A stretch of 35,418 bases of DNA from Candidatus Sigynarchaeum calidifontis (GCA_030587475.2 JAUQYZ020000193.1:1-35418), one strand, 5' to 3'; positions 17,832-26,922 are shown, numbered from the stretch's first letter. Numbers and translations: made by a program. The notes: a model not told the origin generated them from the letters alone.

Positions 17832-17850
17832 TTTCCTTTTTAAAAAGAAA
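17832..17850. terminator. Possible bidirectional T/A-tract terminator between convergent genes
   Basis: TTTCCTTTTTAAAAAGAAA with the palindrome CTTTTTAAAAAG, between the stops at 17779 (+) and 17880 (-). Confidence 0.4.
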
Positions 17851-17879
17851 TAGCACGTCGTGCGCGTCGCGGCCGTGCT

Positions 17880-18416
17880 TCACGCGAGGACGATCTTGTG
17901 CTGCGCATTGATGGCCAGCTTCGCGTTGCAGACCGAGCACGAGCCCTTCATTTGCACCCATTCCTCGAGATGAAGCACGTGCGAAATGGCTTGGCACGAT
18001 GGGCATGCCGACACCTCGTCGAAAATCTCCATTGGCTTAGCACAAATGGCGCACGAGGGCGGGTTCGGGTGCATCTCGATCTCGACGCGACCACCGCCTT
18101 TTTTGTCCATGTAAAAGAACGCGCCCTTCACGTTCTCGTTTGACGGGTACAAGTATTTTTTATTCTCGAGATAAATCGCTACCGAGCCGTCGTCCTTGTC
18201 GGATATCCAAAGAACGTTCGCGGTCATTAAACTATCCCCCTCGCGCATGACGGCGACCTTCAAGGGAGCTTCCTTGACCTTCTCGAAGATATAGGTGTCA
18301 ACTGCGCGCGTGTACTCGAGGGCAGGATAATCGGCCGAGATTTCCTGCAAAAACTTTTTTGCGGAAGAAATCAACGACTTTCGGACGTTTTTGCCCACAT
18401 CCGCTTTCTTTCCCAT
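17880..18416 (-). CDS. RING-type zinc finger protein, putative E3 ligase
   Basis: C-terminal C-x2-C-x12-C-x2-C-x4-H-x2-H-x10-C-x2-C (CAIC...CPSC...HVLHLEEW...CSVC) with the Trp typical of RING E2-binding helices; unknown ~120-aa N-terminal domain. Confidence 0.75.
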   Translation of the reverse strand: MGKKADVGKNVRKSLISSAKKFLQEISADYPALEYTRAVDTYIFEKVKEAPLKVAVMREGDSLMTANVLWISDKDDGSVAIYLENKKYLYPSNENVKGAFFYMDKKGGGRVEIEMHPNPPSCAICAKPMEIFDEVSACPSCQAISHVLHLEEWVQMKGSCSVCNAKLAINAQHKIVLA

Positions 18417-18524
18417 TTTGTTTCACTCCATGGTTGCTAAGTAAGCCGTCGCTATGATATGTAATAAACGTGACGAAAAAACGATACGGGCGATACTGGC
18501 TAGCGGATAAAAAACCTGGCATTT

Positions 18525-19229
18525 TCATTCAAAATTGGGATCCAGGATCATCTCCAGGTTGCAAGTGCTGCATACATGAGAACCGATGATAGAAAAGTCC
18601 TCCGTTTTCTTGCAGCGAACGCAGAAATACGGGATTTTCATGAAGGAGCCCTTGCATTCGGGGCATTTTACCTTGCTCTGCACCTTGCGGAAGATGACCT
18701 TGAAATAACCGTTGCAGCGGGGACAATGGAACAAGATCAAGCGGCGCTCCTTCTTTAATTCGTGCTCTTTTGCCTTTTCCTCTGCCGTGAGCTTTTCGCT
18801 CGGGTCGTGATCCGTCTCCTTCAAGAGCTTGCCGACCGAGCCTCCGATGCTCGTTTTTTTCTTCTCCTCGGGCGGTTTTGCAGTGAGATCCGCGAAAGGC
18901 ACGTTCTTGCGCTCCGCTATAGCCGAGCCCTCGTCGCCGGGTTGCGCAGCGGTAGGTATCACGGTTTTAAAGATAGTCCCGCAGTCCCAACACCTTCCCG
19001 CGCCGGACTCGCAATGCGCCCCGCAATTGCCACACACTTTGAATGCGATGCCCTGGACGACATACGGGTCCGAGAAATCCGAAGGATCGATTAAATCCGG
19101 GTATTTTTTCGTCCCTGGTTTCACGTCCTTGTTGGCAATAACGTCGTCAACATGCCCGCAGCTCCAGCACGGGACGCCGATCTCGTCCTCGCATTGGGCT
19201 TTGCACTTGGGACACGTCTTGAAGCGCAT
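18525..19229 (-). CDS. Multi-zinc-ribbon protein (eight CxxC pairs)
   Basis: CPKC/CWSC, CGNC/CWDC, a charged linker, then CPRC/CPEC and CVRC/CSTC; ATG at 19229. Confidence 0.8.
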   Translation of the reverse strand: MRFKTCPKCKAQCEDEIGVPCWSCGHVDDVIANKDVKPGTKKYPDLIDPSDFSDPYVVQGIAFKVCGNCGAHCESGAGRCWDCGTIFKTVIPTAAQPGDEGSAIAERKNVPFADLTAKPPEEKKKTSIGGSVGKLLKETDHDPSEKLTAEEKAKEHELKKERRLILFHCPRCNGYFKVIFRKVQSKVKCPECKGSFMKIPYFCVRCKKTEDFSIIGSHVCSTCNLEMILDPNFE

Positions 19230-19465
19230 CAAAAATCGGTCAACCTACCAAACAATTCTTGATCGATTCCTACCTCGACATACTCTGCTTCTCGCCGAAT
19301 ATAATTGCGTTTTGGATTCTGCAAATGGGTCAAAAGGTTTATGCGCCGCGCGCATAGCAAGTGCTTAGGTCGCTTTAAAATGGCCGCTTTTCCCGCGCGC
19401 GATCGCCGGTGATCTACGACGCCGGCGCGGGGCGGCACGACTGACTTGCGGCAGGCCTTGGTACC

Positions 19466-20197
19466 ATGTCCCACATAAAACTCCTCGTTTCCCCGGCAAA
19501 CGTTGCCGAGGCCAAGCAGGCCATAAACGGGGGAGCGGATATCATCGACTGTAAAAACCCCAATGAAGGTTCCCTCGGCGCCGGCTTCCCGTGGGTCATC
19601 TCCGCCATCAAGGAGGCGATCGCCGAGTCTGGCAAGCCTGGTGTTCAGCTTAGCGCGACGCTTGGCGACCTTCCCGACAAGCCTGGCACGGCCGCTCTCG
19701 CGGCGACGGGCCTCGCGACGCTTGGTGCCAATTACATCAAGGCCGGCGTGCATGGCTCACGGACTACCGAGAGCGCCACGAGATTACTCGATGCGATCGT
19801 GAAGGCCGCGCGCATCGTGAACCCGGGCGCGCGCGTCGTCGCGGCAGGCTATGCAGATCATGCAAGGGCGGGTGTATCGATACCGCCCTTGAAGCTGGTC
19901 GAGGTGGCGAGAGCGACCGGGTGCAGCTTGGCCATGGTCGACACTGCGATCAAGGACGACAAGGGCTTGCTCGACTTCATGACAATCGATGAGTTAACCG
20001 AATTTTGCAATGCTGGCAAAAAAGCGGGTTTGGAGATGGCACTCGCCGGGAACTTGAAAGAGAAGGATATCCCGCTATTGAAAAAAACGGGCGTCGACAT
20101 CATCGGCGTGCGCTCAATGGTCGTCCGCGGCGGGAACCGCATTACCGGATCCATCGACGCCGCTCTCGTCGCGCGGTTGAAACGAATGCTCGCCTAA
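19466..20197 (+). CDS. mfnB: (5-formylfuran-3-yl)methyl phosphate synthase (DUF556), methanofuran biosynthesis
   Basis: LLVSP...EA...GGADIIDCKNPNEGSLGA, SATLGD, YIKAG, VAAGYAD, MVDTAIKD and DIIGVR. Confidence 0.92.
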   Translation: MSHIKLLVSPANVAEAKQAINGGADIIDCKNPNEGSLGAGFPWVISAIKEAIAESGKPGVQLSATLGDLPDKPGTAALAATGLATLGANYIKAGVHGSRTTESATRLLDAIVKAARIVNPGARVVAAGYADHARAGVSIPPLKLVEVARATGCSLAMVDTAIKDDKGLLDFMTIDELTEFCNAGKKAGLEMALAGNLKEKDIPLLKKTGVDIIGVRSMVVRGGNRITGSIDAALVARLKRMLA

Positions 20198-20220
20198 AAT
20201 ATATTAACACGAATTAAGAG

Positions 20221-21357
20221 ATGACGATACACATGGGAAACAAGATATGGCACATCCCCGTAGAAACCATCTACAACTACATCAAGGACACGTTCGTCGC
20301 ATGCGGGGTTCCATCAGCCGATGCAACGATCATCGCCGATGTCCTGATCGAATCGGACTTGCGCGGCATTGAATCGCACGGCATCGGGCGGCTCTATTAT
20401 TATTACCAACGCATCAAGTCAGGACAGCACAAGGTCAAGACCGAGTTCAAGATCGTGAAGGAGGGCAAGACGACCGCGGTCATCGACGGCGAGCACGGCC
20501 AAGGCCACGTGATCGCCTACAATGCAATGAAGCTGGCCATCAAGAAGGCGAAAGAGCACGGCATGGGTGCCGTCGCTGTCCGGAACTCGACGCATTTTGG
20601 CATTTGCGGGTATTACACGAAAATGGCAACCGACGCCGGCATGATCGGCATCGTCTGCACCAACGCCCGCCCGGCCATCGCGCCCACGTGGAGCGTTGAG
20701 CCCATGCTCGGCACGAACCCCCTCGCGTTTGCCATGCCATCCGACGAGCCATTTCCCTTTTCCCTCGACTGCGCGACGAGCATCATCCAGCGCGGGAAAG
20801 TCGAGCTTGCCGATCGGGCGGGCAAGCCCCTCCCACCCAACCTCGTCATCGGCCCTGACGGGCAGTCGATGACGAACGCACCCGAAATCCTTCGGCTCAT
20901 GACCGAAGACAAGGCAGCCTTGCTCCCGCTCGGCGGTGCAGGCGAGGAATTCGCCGGGTACAAGGGGTATGGCTTCGCGACCGTCGTGGAAATCCTCTCC
21001 TCGGCACTGTCGAATGGATCCTTCTTGAAGGCAATCAACGGCGTCGACGAGCAAGGCAAGAAAACCTTTTTCCGCGTGGGGCATTTTTTCATGGCCATCG
21101 ACCCGGCCGAGTTTGCGGGTCTCGATGCGTTCAAGAAGACCACGGGGGACATCCTCCGCGCCCTCAGGGCTGCCAAGAAGGCACCCGGCGCGAGCCGCAT
21201 CTGGACGGCGGGGGAGAAAGAATACTACAGCATCGCCGAGGTCAAAAAGAATGGCATCCCTATCAACGAGGGCCTCGCCAAGGAACTCTTGACCATCAAG
21301 AAGGCACTCAAGCTGGACTTGTACAATTTCCCGTTCGAAGATGACATGAAAACATAG
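20221..21357 (+). CDS. Ldh_2 family (malate / L-lactate / L-sulfolactate) dehydrogenase
   Basis: SDLRGIESHG, VRNSTHFG, LGTNP, LDCATS, GYKGYG and GHFFMAIDP. Confidence 0.9.
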   Translation: MTIHMGNKIWHIPVETIYNYIKDTFVACGVPSADATIIADVLIESDLRGIESHGIGRLYYYYQRIKSGQHKVKTEFKIVKEGKTTAVIDGEHGQGHVIAYNAMKLAIKKAKEHGMGAVAVRNSTHFGICGYYTKMATDAGMIGIVCTNARPAIAPTWSVEPMLGTNPLAFAMPSDEPFPFSLDCATSIIQRGKVELADRAGKPLPPNLVIGPDGQSMTNAPEILRLMTEDKAALLPLGGAGEEFAGYKGYGFATVVEILSSALSNGSFLKAINGVDEQGKKTFFRVGHFFMAIDPAEFAGLDAFKKTTGDILRALRAAKKAPGASRIWTAGEKEYYSIAEVKKNGIPINEGLAKELLTIKKALKLDLYNFPFEDDMKT

Positions 21358-21456
21358 CACCTTCGCTCCGATTCTTTTCTGTTCGGAATTATCCTTATTT
21401 TTCGCCGACACATCGAGCGTTAAAAAAAAAGATCGAAAAAAGGAGCGGAACCTCGC

Positions 21457-22164
21457 TCATTTCAAGCTCTCGTACTGGTTGGCGAACGTGATGATCAATA
21501 TCGAGAGGAGGATCAAAAGCGGGGGAAGCATCATCGCCGTGCCCGACCACGTCATGCCGGCAAGCATGGGTTGGGCGGCACGAACGATATAATACAAGAG
21601 CAGACCGATGCCGTTCAGCATGAACGACCGCTGCAGCGTGCCAGCCGATTTCTTCGCAAGATAGAAGAACATGAACGGGAGAAGCACGATGTAGATGGGC
21701 AAGATGATCACGTTGAGAACAAGTTTTCCACTGCCCCATCCGAAGACACCTGCCGGGTCATTTATCCAGATGTCGGGGAAAAACAAGATGAAAACGGCAA
21801 TGCCGATCGGGACGAGGGGGAAAATTTTCTTGAGGATCTGGTGCAGTTTCGAGTCGCCCGTGAAGAGCAACGTGCTGAGGATACCACTCAACATGGCCAC
21901 GGACAACCATCCTGCGGTGTTGGCGAAACGCCATGCAATATTCCTGTCCGAGGGCCCGAAAAAGTAATCGTACATCAAATAGAAGACACGAGATGCTGCG
22001 AGGAAAATGAAAAACAGCGAAAAATACAGCCAGTACAAGCGCTTGGTCTTCCGGAAACGAATCAAGAGGAAATAACTAAATAGGAGGAACTTGAATCCAA
22101 TAACAGTGAAATACAAGGCTATGGACAGCGTTTGATTTAAACAGAAGATAGGGGTGCATGCCAT
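21457..22164 (-). CDS. Hypothetical polytopic membrane protein (about 7 TM)
   Basis: Seven hydrophobic segments separated by short loops, several of them basic; no soluble domain. Confidence 0.75.
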   Translation of the reverse strand: MACTPIFCLNQTLSIALYFTVIGFKFLLFSYFLLIRFRKTKRLYWLYFSLFFIFLAASRVFYLMYDYFFGPSDRNIAWRFANTAGWLSVAMLSGILSTLLFTGDSKLHQILKKIFPLVPIGIAVFILFFPDIWINDPAGVFGWGSGKLVLNVIILPIYIVLLPFMFFYLAKKSAGTLQRSFMLNGIGLLLYYIVRAAQPMLAGMTWSGTAMMLPPLLILLSILIITFANQYESLK

Positions 22165-22284
22165 CTTGTCTTCATCACCGAGTTAATCTAGACTCCATCG
22201 TTATCGGTAATCCCTTGGTATTTATGGATATGATTTAGATGGGAACGGGAAGCCATATAAGTATTCTTGTATGAATAACGGGGT

Positions 22285-23181
22285 ATGAAACGCAAATATG
22301 ACATTTTTAGTTTCGGCCACATATCGCTCGACGTGATAAAGACCCCCGATGAACGCAAAGAGATGCTTGGCGGCGCCATCTTGCATGCTGCGTGGGTAGC
22401 GCACCAGCTCGGCTTCAAGAACGCCGTGCTAACCAAGTCCGCACCGGCGGACAAGGCACGCTTGGCAGAATTCCCGCCCATGGCCAAGGACGACGTGTTC
22501 TGGATCGAGTCCCGCGTCACGACGTCGATCTTAAACGACTACAAGGACAAGACTCTGGAGCGCCGGGATTGTTTCAGCCAGGGGCAAGCGGACATGTACG
22601 TGAAGGAGGACTTCCCCGACTTCTCCGCCAAGATCGTGCAATACTCGGCACTCATGCACGGCGAAGTGGATCTCCCGTTGATAAAATGGTTGGCGAAGAA
22701 AGGCAAGCTCGTTGTCGACGCCGCGGGATTCATCCGGAAGGTCATGCCCGACAAGACCATGCAATCGCAGCCATGGCCAGACCTGAAGGCCGCGTTCCCC
22801 TACTTCTATTATTTCAAGGCGGATGCGGCCGAGTCGGAATTCCTCACGGGTCTCGACTGCGAAACGCACGAGGGCCGGGTGAAAGCAGCGGAACAATACA
22901 TCGAATGGGGTGCGAAGGAAATCATCCTCACGCACAACAAGGAGCTCATCGTCGCCAACAAGGAGGGTAACTGGGCGGCACCCTTCAAGAACCGGAACCT
23001 CTCGGGCAGGACGGGGCGAGGCGACACGGCGACGACATCTTACGTGCTCGCTCGGTTAAATGACAAGCCGCCGGAAGCCGTCAGGTTCGCGGCGGCGCTC
23101 ACGTCCTTGAAGATGGAAACACCTGGACCATTCAAGGGAACCCGTGCAGACGTCGACGCGTATCTAAAGCAGTTTTATTAA
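22285..23181 (+). CDS. PfkB/ribokinase family carbohydrate kinase
   Basis: FGHISLD...GGA, VVDAAGFIR, KADAAE, GAKEIILT and GRTGRGDT (anion hole plus catalytic Asp). Confidence 0.88.
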   Translation: MKRKYDIFSFGHISLDVIKTPDERKEMLGGAILHAAWVAHQLGFKNAVLTKSAPADKARLAEFPPMAKDDVFWIESRVTTSILNDYKDKTLERRDCFSQGQADMYVKEDFPDFSAKIVQYSALMHGEVDLPLIKWLAKKGKLVVDAAGFIRKVMPDKTMQSQPWPDLKAAFPYFYYFKADAAESEFLTGLDCETHEGRVKAAEQYIEWGAKEIILTHNKELIVANKEGNWAAPFKNRNLSGRTGRGDTATTSYVLARLNDKPPEAVRFAAALTSLKMETPGPFKGTRADVDAYLKQFY

Positions 23182-23182
23182 C

Positions 23183-23246
23183 AATCATCATCCATTTCCT
23201 CGAAAAAGAATGCAGGGGACGGGAATTGAACCGGGGAATTGAACCC
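23183..23246 (-). repeat. Distal att copy: duplicated 3' end of tRNA-Leu plus downstream flank
   Basis: 23183-23232 matches 26975-27025 (19 nt identical, GAAAAA vs AAAAAAA, then 25 nt identical), followed by a second copy of GGGAATTGAACC. Confidence 0.92.
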
Positions 23247-23275
23247 ATAGTGCCGTCCTGGATGTTTCTGATGGC

Positions 23276-25798
23276 ATGGGTGGGAAGACCTCGATCTCAT
23301 TGCCTAACTCGAGATTTATTCAACAGATTAAGCGGGCGTACGAGGCCGGCACGATCACCCTCCCCGTGGTTGCTGCGGCCGGCGCGAGCGGCATCCACCT
23401 CGATTTCGAGGTCGGCGACTTGCTGCCCGCCGGCTATCGATTCCGGGCGAAGATCACCTTCGATGGCAGCGTGCTCCCTGGCGACCGGGCCGAGACATGG
23501 GTCGTGGATCCGAGTGGAACCGAGCTAGCGCAGCTGCCGGGCGAGCAACTCGTCGCCGGTGCCGAGATCTTCCAGCTGGAAGCGACGCGACGGCAGCTCG
23601 CCAAGCTGGGCACCACGAGCCGCGCCTTCGTGGCGGCGGAGCACTGGCAAGCGGATGAAAAAGGGACGCCGGTGAAGCACACGAGCTGGATGCTGCGGGC
23701 GAGCGTTGCGGTTCCCGCCGGGCTCGCGAGCGGCGACATGGTCTACCAGCTCGACGTGCAGCTCGCCAAGGCGATCGGGACTCTCCGGGACGTGGCCTAC
23801 ATCACGTACGCGGGGACGACGGGGCAGCCAATCGCGAACCCCTACGCGATCCAAGAAGATGCGAGAAAGAGCGATGGCAAGAAGAGCGGGTACACGGTCG
23901 ACCGCGGGTTCGGCTTGACGAGCGCCGTGACGTATCTCCAGCGGGTGCAAGGCCTCTTCGCCGAGATCGGCGCGTACAGCCGCCAGATCGGCGGCGTGAC
24001 GGCGCGCCCGACGTTCACGCCGAGCACGACGTCGGTATATCACGACCCGCTGGACGGCTTCACGCTCCGCGTGCCGCACGAGGATGCCGGGCGGCCGGGC
24101 AGCGAGTGGATCGAGCTCCGCCAGGTTACCTATGACCCGATGAAAATCGGTGGCGCCGGACGGAGCATGGTCCGCGTGGCATCCTTCGTGCTGGATCCGA
24201 CAAACCCGGCGCCGCTCCGGGTGACTGGCAGCGCGGAGAAATATATCAGCTTCGAGAACTTTGGCGAGATCGAGACGCTGGTCGGCCAGGTCGGCAGCTT
24301 GATCGCGTCGTGCGGCGGGCTCCGGGCGACAGGGACGACGACCGGGCGCGGCATCACGTTCCACGGGGTATCGAGCGGACACGGCGAGGGACGCATCGCC
24401 TTCACGGCGACGACGGCCATCAAGAGCGGCGTCGCCACGCTCGCGGACGGCACGACGGGCTTGCCCGTGCCGGGCTCGGACGCGTCCAGCCTCGACATCA
24501 AGATCGGCGACGCGGCGACGGCGTACTACGCTGAGATGGTCATGCGAAGCGGCTTGATGTGCGGGATGATGACCGGCGTCCCGACGTCGTGCGGCGCGAT
24601 ATATTGGCCTGGTTGGGTGAAGGACAAGGATACAGGGGTGTGGGGATGGAAGTACGCGAATTCGCAAGAAGGGCTTCCCATGTCGCAGATCTTGGCGACC
24701 GCGGAGCGACAGCTGGCGGGCGGGGTGGTCCTGGCCGATCAACAGGGCATCTACCCGGCTTTCGCGGGGTGGTATAACCGGCCGGTCATCGCGTGCACCC
24801 AGGTGCTGCCCGGTTGGGACGTGCCCCCGCCGGCGGGCGGATCGGGCATCGGCATCGCCGGCGAGGTGGTCGTCGATGTCGGGCGAGACCGGCCCGGTAC
24901 AGGCGACAAGGCTGGCCAATGGCAATTGCGCGGGCTGGCGTTTCTCAACGTGCACCCCGCGCCCGGCGTCAACAGGCTGCATTTCTTCACGCCGCTCGAC
25001 GCGGGCGACGTGCCGGGCGTGCTCGCCGCGGGCAGCATGCTGGTCCCGATCAGGAACTTCGTGAAAGGCCTCAACGCGGCGGGGGCGGTCGTGCGGCGCA
25101 TCGTGGCGGCCGGCGATGTGAACGACGTGAAATCGGATAAGTATCTCTCGCTGGCGGTCACCTTCAATATCGGCGGCGTCGACGTCACCCGGGCGGTCAT
25201 GGCGAGAGTTGCGCGGGACACGAGCACGAGCACGAGCACGAGCGCGTGGGGGATCGCCGGGCTCGAATGGTCTGTCATGCCGACGTATAGGAACAGTTAC
25301 CATCGCATCGACTGGCCGGGCATTTACCGCGGTATCTTGCCTGGCGGGACCGCTAATGAGAATAGACATCAAACCGAGACTCTTGTCGGCCAATTCGATG
25401 TCGATCCGACGAATCCGAATCCCAGCCTGAGAACGGCGTGGCTCCAGTTCTGTTGCATCGCTTTCGATGCGGAAACGGGCACGTCCGTGTACCCGGTGTC
25501 CGGCCACCCGGGATTATATGGCTGGTTGGAAGCTATCGGTCCCGCGGGCATCGGCCCGGTCGGCATCTACCGGATCATCGACGGGCTTCCCGCCCATCCA
25601 GCTATGCTGGTAAGCGAATTTCACGCGGGGCGCCTCACGCGCGCTGAATACGAGGCGGGCATGTTGCGGGTGCTCGGCTGGTTCCTCGAGTTCATGTCCC
25701 AATGCCCGTCGCAGCCGGCCGGGTATGCTTCCGCGCCTGGTTTCCCCGCAGACATACCGCTTTATGAATATCCGAACCCGTCGTGGAGCACCGTGTGA
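23276..25798 (+). CDS. Large hypothetical protein in the island, possibly 5'-truncated
   Basis: 840-aa ORF with GC-rich third codon positions and no recognisable family. The frame stays open upstream to a TGA at 23240-23242 inside the att repeat. Confidence 0.7.
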   Translation: MGGKTSISLPNSRFIQQIKRAYEAGTITLPVVAAAGASGIHLDFEVGDLLPAGYRFRAKITFDGSVLPGDRAETWVVDPSGTELAQLPGEQLVAGAEIFQLEATRRQLAKLGTTSRAFVAAEHWQADEKGTPVKHTSWMLRASVAVPAGLASGDMVYQLDVQLAKAIGTLRDVAYITYAGTTGQPIANPYAIQEDARKSDGKKSGYTVDRGFGLTSAVTYLQRVQGLFAEIGAYSRQIGGVTARPTFTPSTTSVYHDPLDGFTLRVPHEDAGRPGSEWIELRQVTYDPMKIGGAGRSMVRVASFVLDPTNPAPLRVTGSAEKYISFENFGEIETLVGQVGSLIASCGGLRATGTTTGRGITFHGVSSGHGEGRIAFTATTAIKSGVATLADGTTGLPVPGSDASSLDIKIGDAATAYYAEMVMRSGLMCGMMTGVPTSCGAIYWPGWVKDKDTGVWGWKYANSQEGLPMSQILATAERQLAGGVVLADQQGIYPAFAGWYNRPVIACTQVLPGWDVPPPAGGSGIGIAGEVVVDVGRDRPGTGDKAGQWQLRGLAFLNVHPAPGVNRLHFFTPLDAGDVPGVLAAGSMLVPIRNFVKGLNAAGAVVRRIVAAGDVNDVKSDKYLSLAVTFNIGGVDVTRAVMARVARDTSTSTSTSAWGIAGLEWSVMPTYRNSYHRIDWPGIYRGILPGGTANENRHQTETLVGQFDVDPTNPNPSLRTAWLQFCCIAFDAETGTSVYPVSGHPGLYGWLEAIGPAGIGPVGIYRIIDGLPAHPAMLVSEFHAGRLTRAEYEAGMLRVLGWFLEFMSQCPSQPAGYASAPGFPADIPLYEYPNPSWSTV
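25220..25243 (+). repeat. Hexanucleotide microsatellite (ACGAGC)x4
   Basis: Four perfect in-frame copies encoding TSTSTSTS. Confidence 0.9.
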
Positions 25799-25906
25799 AT
25801 ATCGAGCGTGATGGAATCATGCCATGCCATTTCTCTTTTTCTTTTACCATGTCCACAATGCTTAAATGGTCGTGTCGCCATTACGAATGATGGTGATGGT
25901 TGAAAG

Positions 25907-26902
25907 ATGATCGGAGCCCGTGATAGCGAGGGGATGAACCGCCGGCCTTTGAAGCGGCCGGCGGGCGAGATCTGCCGGGAACTCGGATTCGAGGGGGTCG
26001 ACGACTTCCTGGTGTACATGGATTCCTTGCCCGTTCCTTATCACGTTGGCGAGGGCAACCCGGACCCGGACGAGTTCACGGTTCGTGCCTTTCCCGAGTT
26101 CCCGGCGAGCGCGCCATCGGAAGCGAATCGAAAGGGTAACCGGAGTGGCTTGAGTGGAAGGGATATGCGCAACTACGTCGCCGCCTACGAGCTCACCTAC
26201 AAGTACCACTACGAGATGCAGGACGACTGGCACGACACGCTCGTCGACCCCGACTTGCACCAGTACCTCTTCGTTCCCGCGCATCTCATCGATTCTCGTC
26301 TTGGCCGCCAAGCCACCATCCAGAAATGGCTCAGGCCGCCTGGCACCGAGACGACCATCCCGTTCGACATGTTCGAGGGGGCCATGCTCTGCGTCGCCGA
26401 CGATGGCTATTGGACACACGAAGTGCATGAGGTCGCCCGCTGGCTCGATTTCCGCGTGGCTGTCGCGTGGATATGCTATTGGCGGCACCGGCTCGGCCGG
26501 CCGGTCGTCCACGGGGTCGATGACGATCCCGACTGGCACGCGCTCGTCTGGCGGGACAACTGGCAGGCCGTGCGGGACGAGGTCGCGGCGCTGCATGCCG
26601 AGACCTACCCGGCCGACGACCCGGCGAACGAGTACGAGCGCCGGGACATGCACTGGCTCCTGTACCCGGGCCATTCGGTGGACGCCGCGGTCGCCGCGCT
26701 GGCCGACCGGCTCGCGCGGGAGGCGGGCTGGCCAGAAGAGCCCTACGAGACGAGGCGGCGCCAGCCGGGCTGCTGGAGCGAGGCGACGCTCCGCGTGGCC
26801 GCCCGGATCTGCACGCTCGCGGCCGGGCCGTGGCATGATTATATCGAGGCGAAATCGGGACGCCCGGTGCGGCTGTCGGGATGGTATCTCAATCGCTATT
26901 GA
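25907..26902 (+). CDS. Hypothetical acidic, Trp/Tyr/His-rich protein in the island
   Basis: 331-aa ORF (alternative ATG at 25934) with consistent GC-rich codon usage; no recognisable family. Confidence 0.7.
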   Translation: MIGARDSEGMNRRPLKRPAGEICRELGFEGVDDFLVYMDSLPVPYHVGEGNPDPDEFTVRAFPEFPASAPSEANRKGNRSGLSGRDMRNYVAAYELTYKYHYEMQDDWHDTLVDPDLHQYLFVPAHLIDSRLGRQATIQKWLRPPGTETTIPFDMFEGAMLCVADDGYWTHEVHEVARWLDFRVAVAWICYWRHRLGRPVVHGVDDDPDWHALVWRDNWQAVRDEVAALHAETYPADDPANEYERRDMHWLLYPGHSVDAAVAALADRLAREAGWPEEPYETRRRQPGCWSEATLRVAARICTLAAGPWHDYIEAKSGRPVRLSGWYLNRY

Positions 26903-26922
26903 AAGATAACGCTTCAATTGAA

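Noticed and set aside
23211-23246. Second tRNA gene or split-tRNA half
   Set aside because: Only the T-arm and 3' acceptor strand are present, with shared downstream flank; better explained as an att duplication.
23525-25507. 660-aa minus-strand ORF, and the 351-aa ORF at 25862-26917, inside the island
   Set aside because: Arg/His/Ala-rich antisense shadows of GC-rich plus-strand genes; no tyrosine-recombinase R-H-x-x-R-Y or other motif was seen, so not a hidden integrase.
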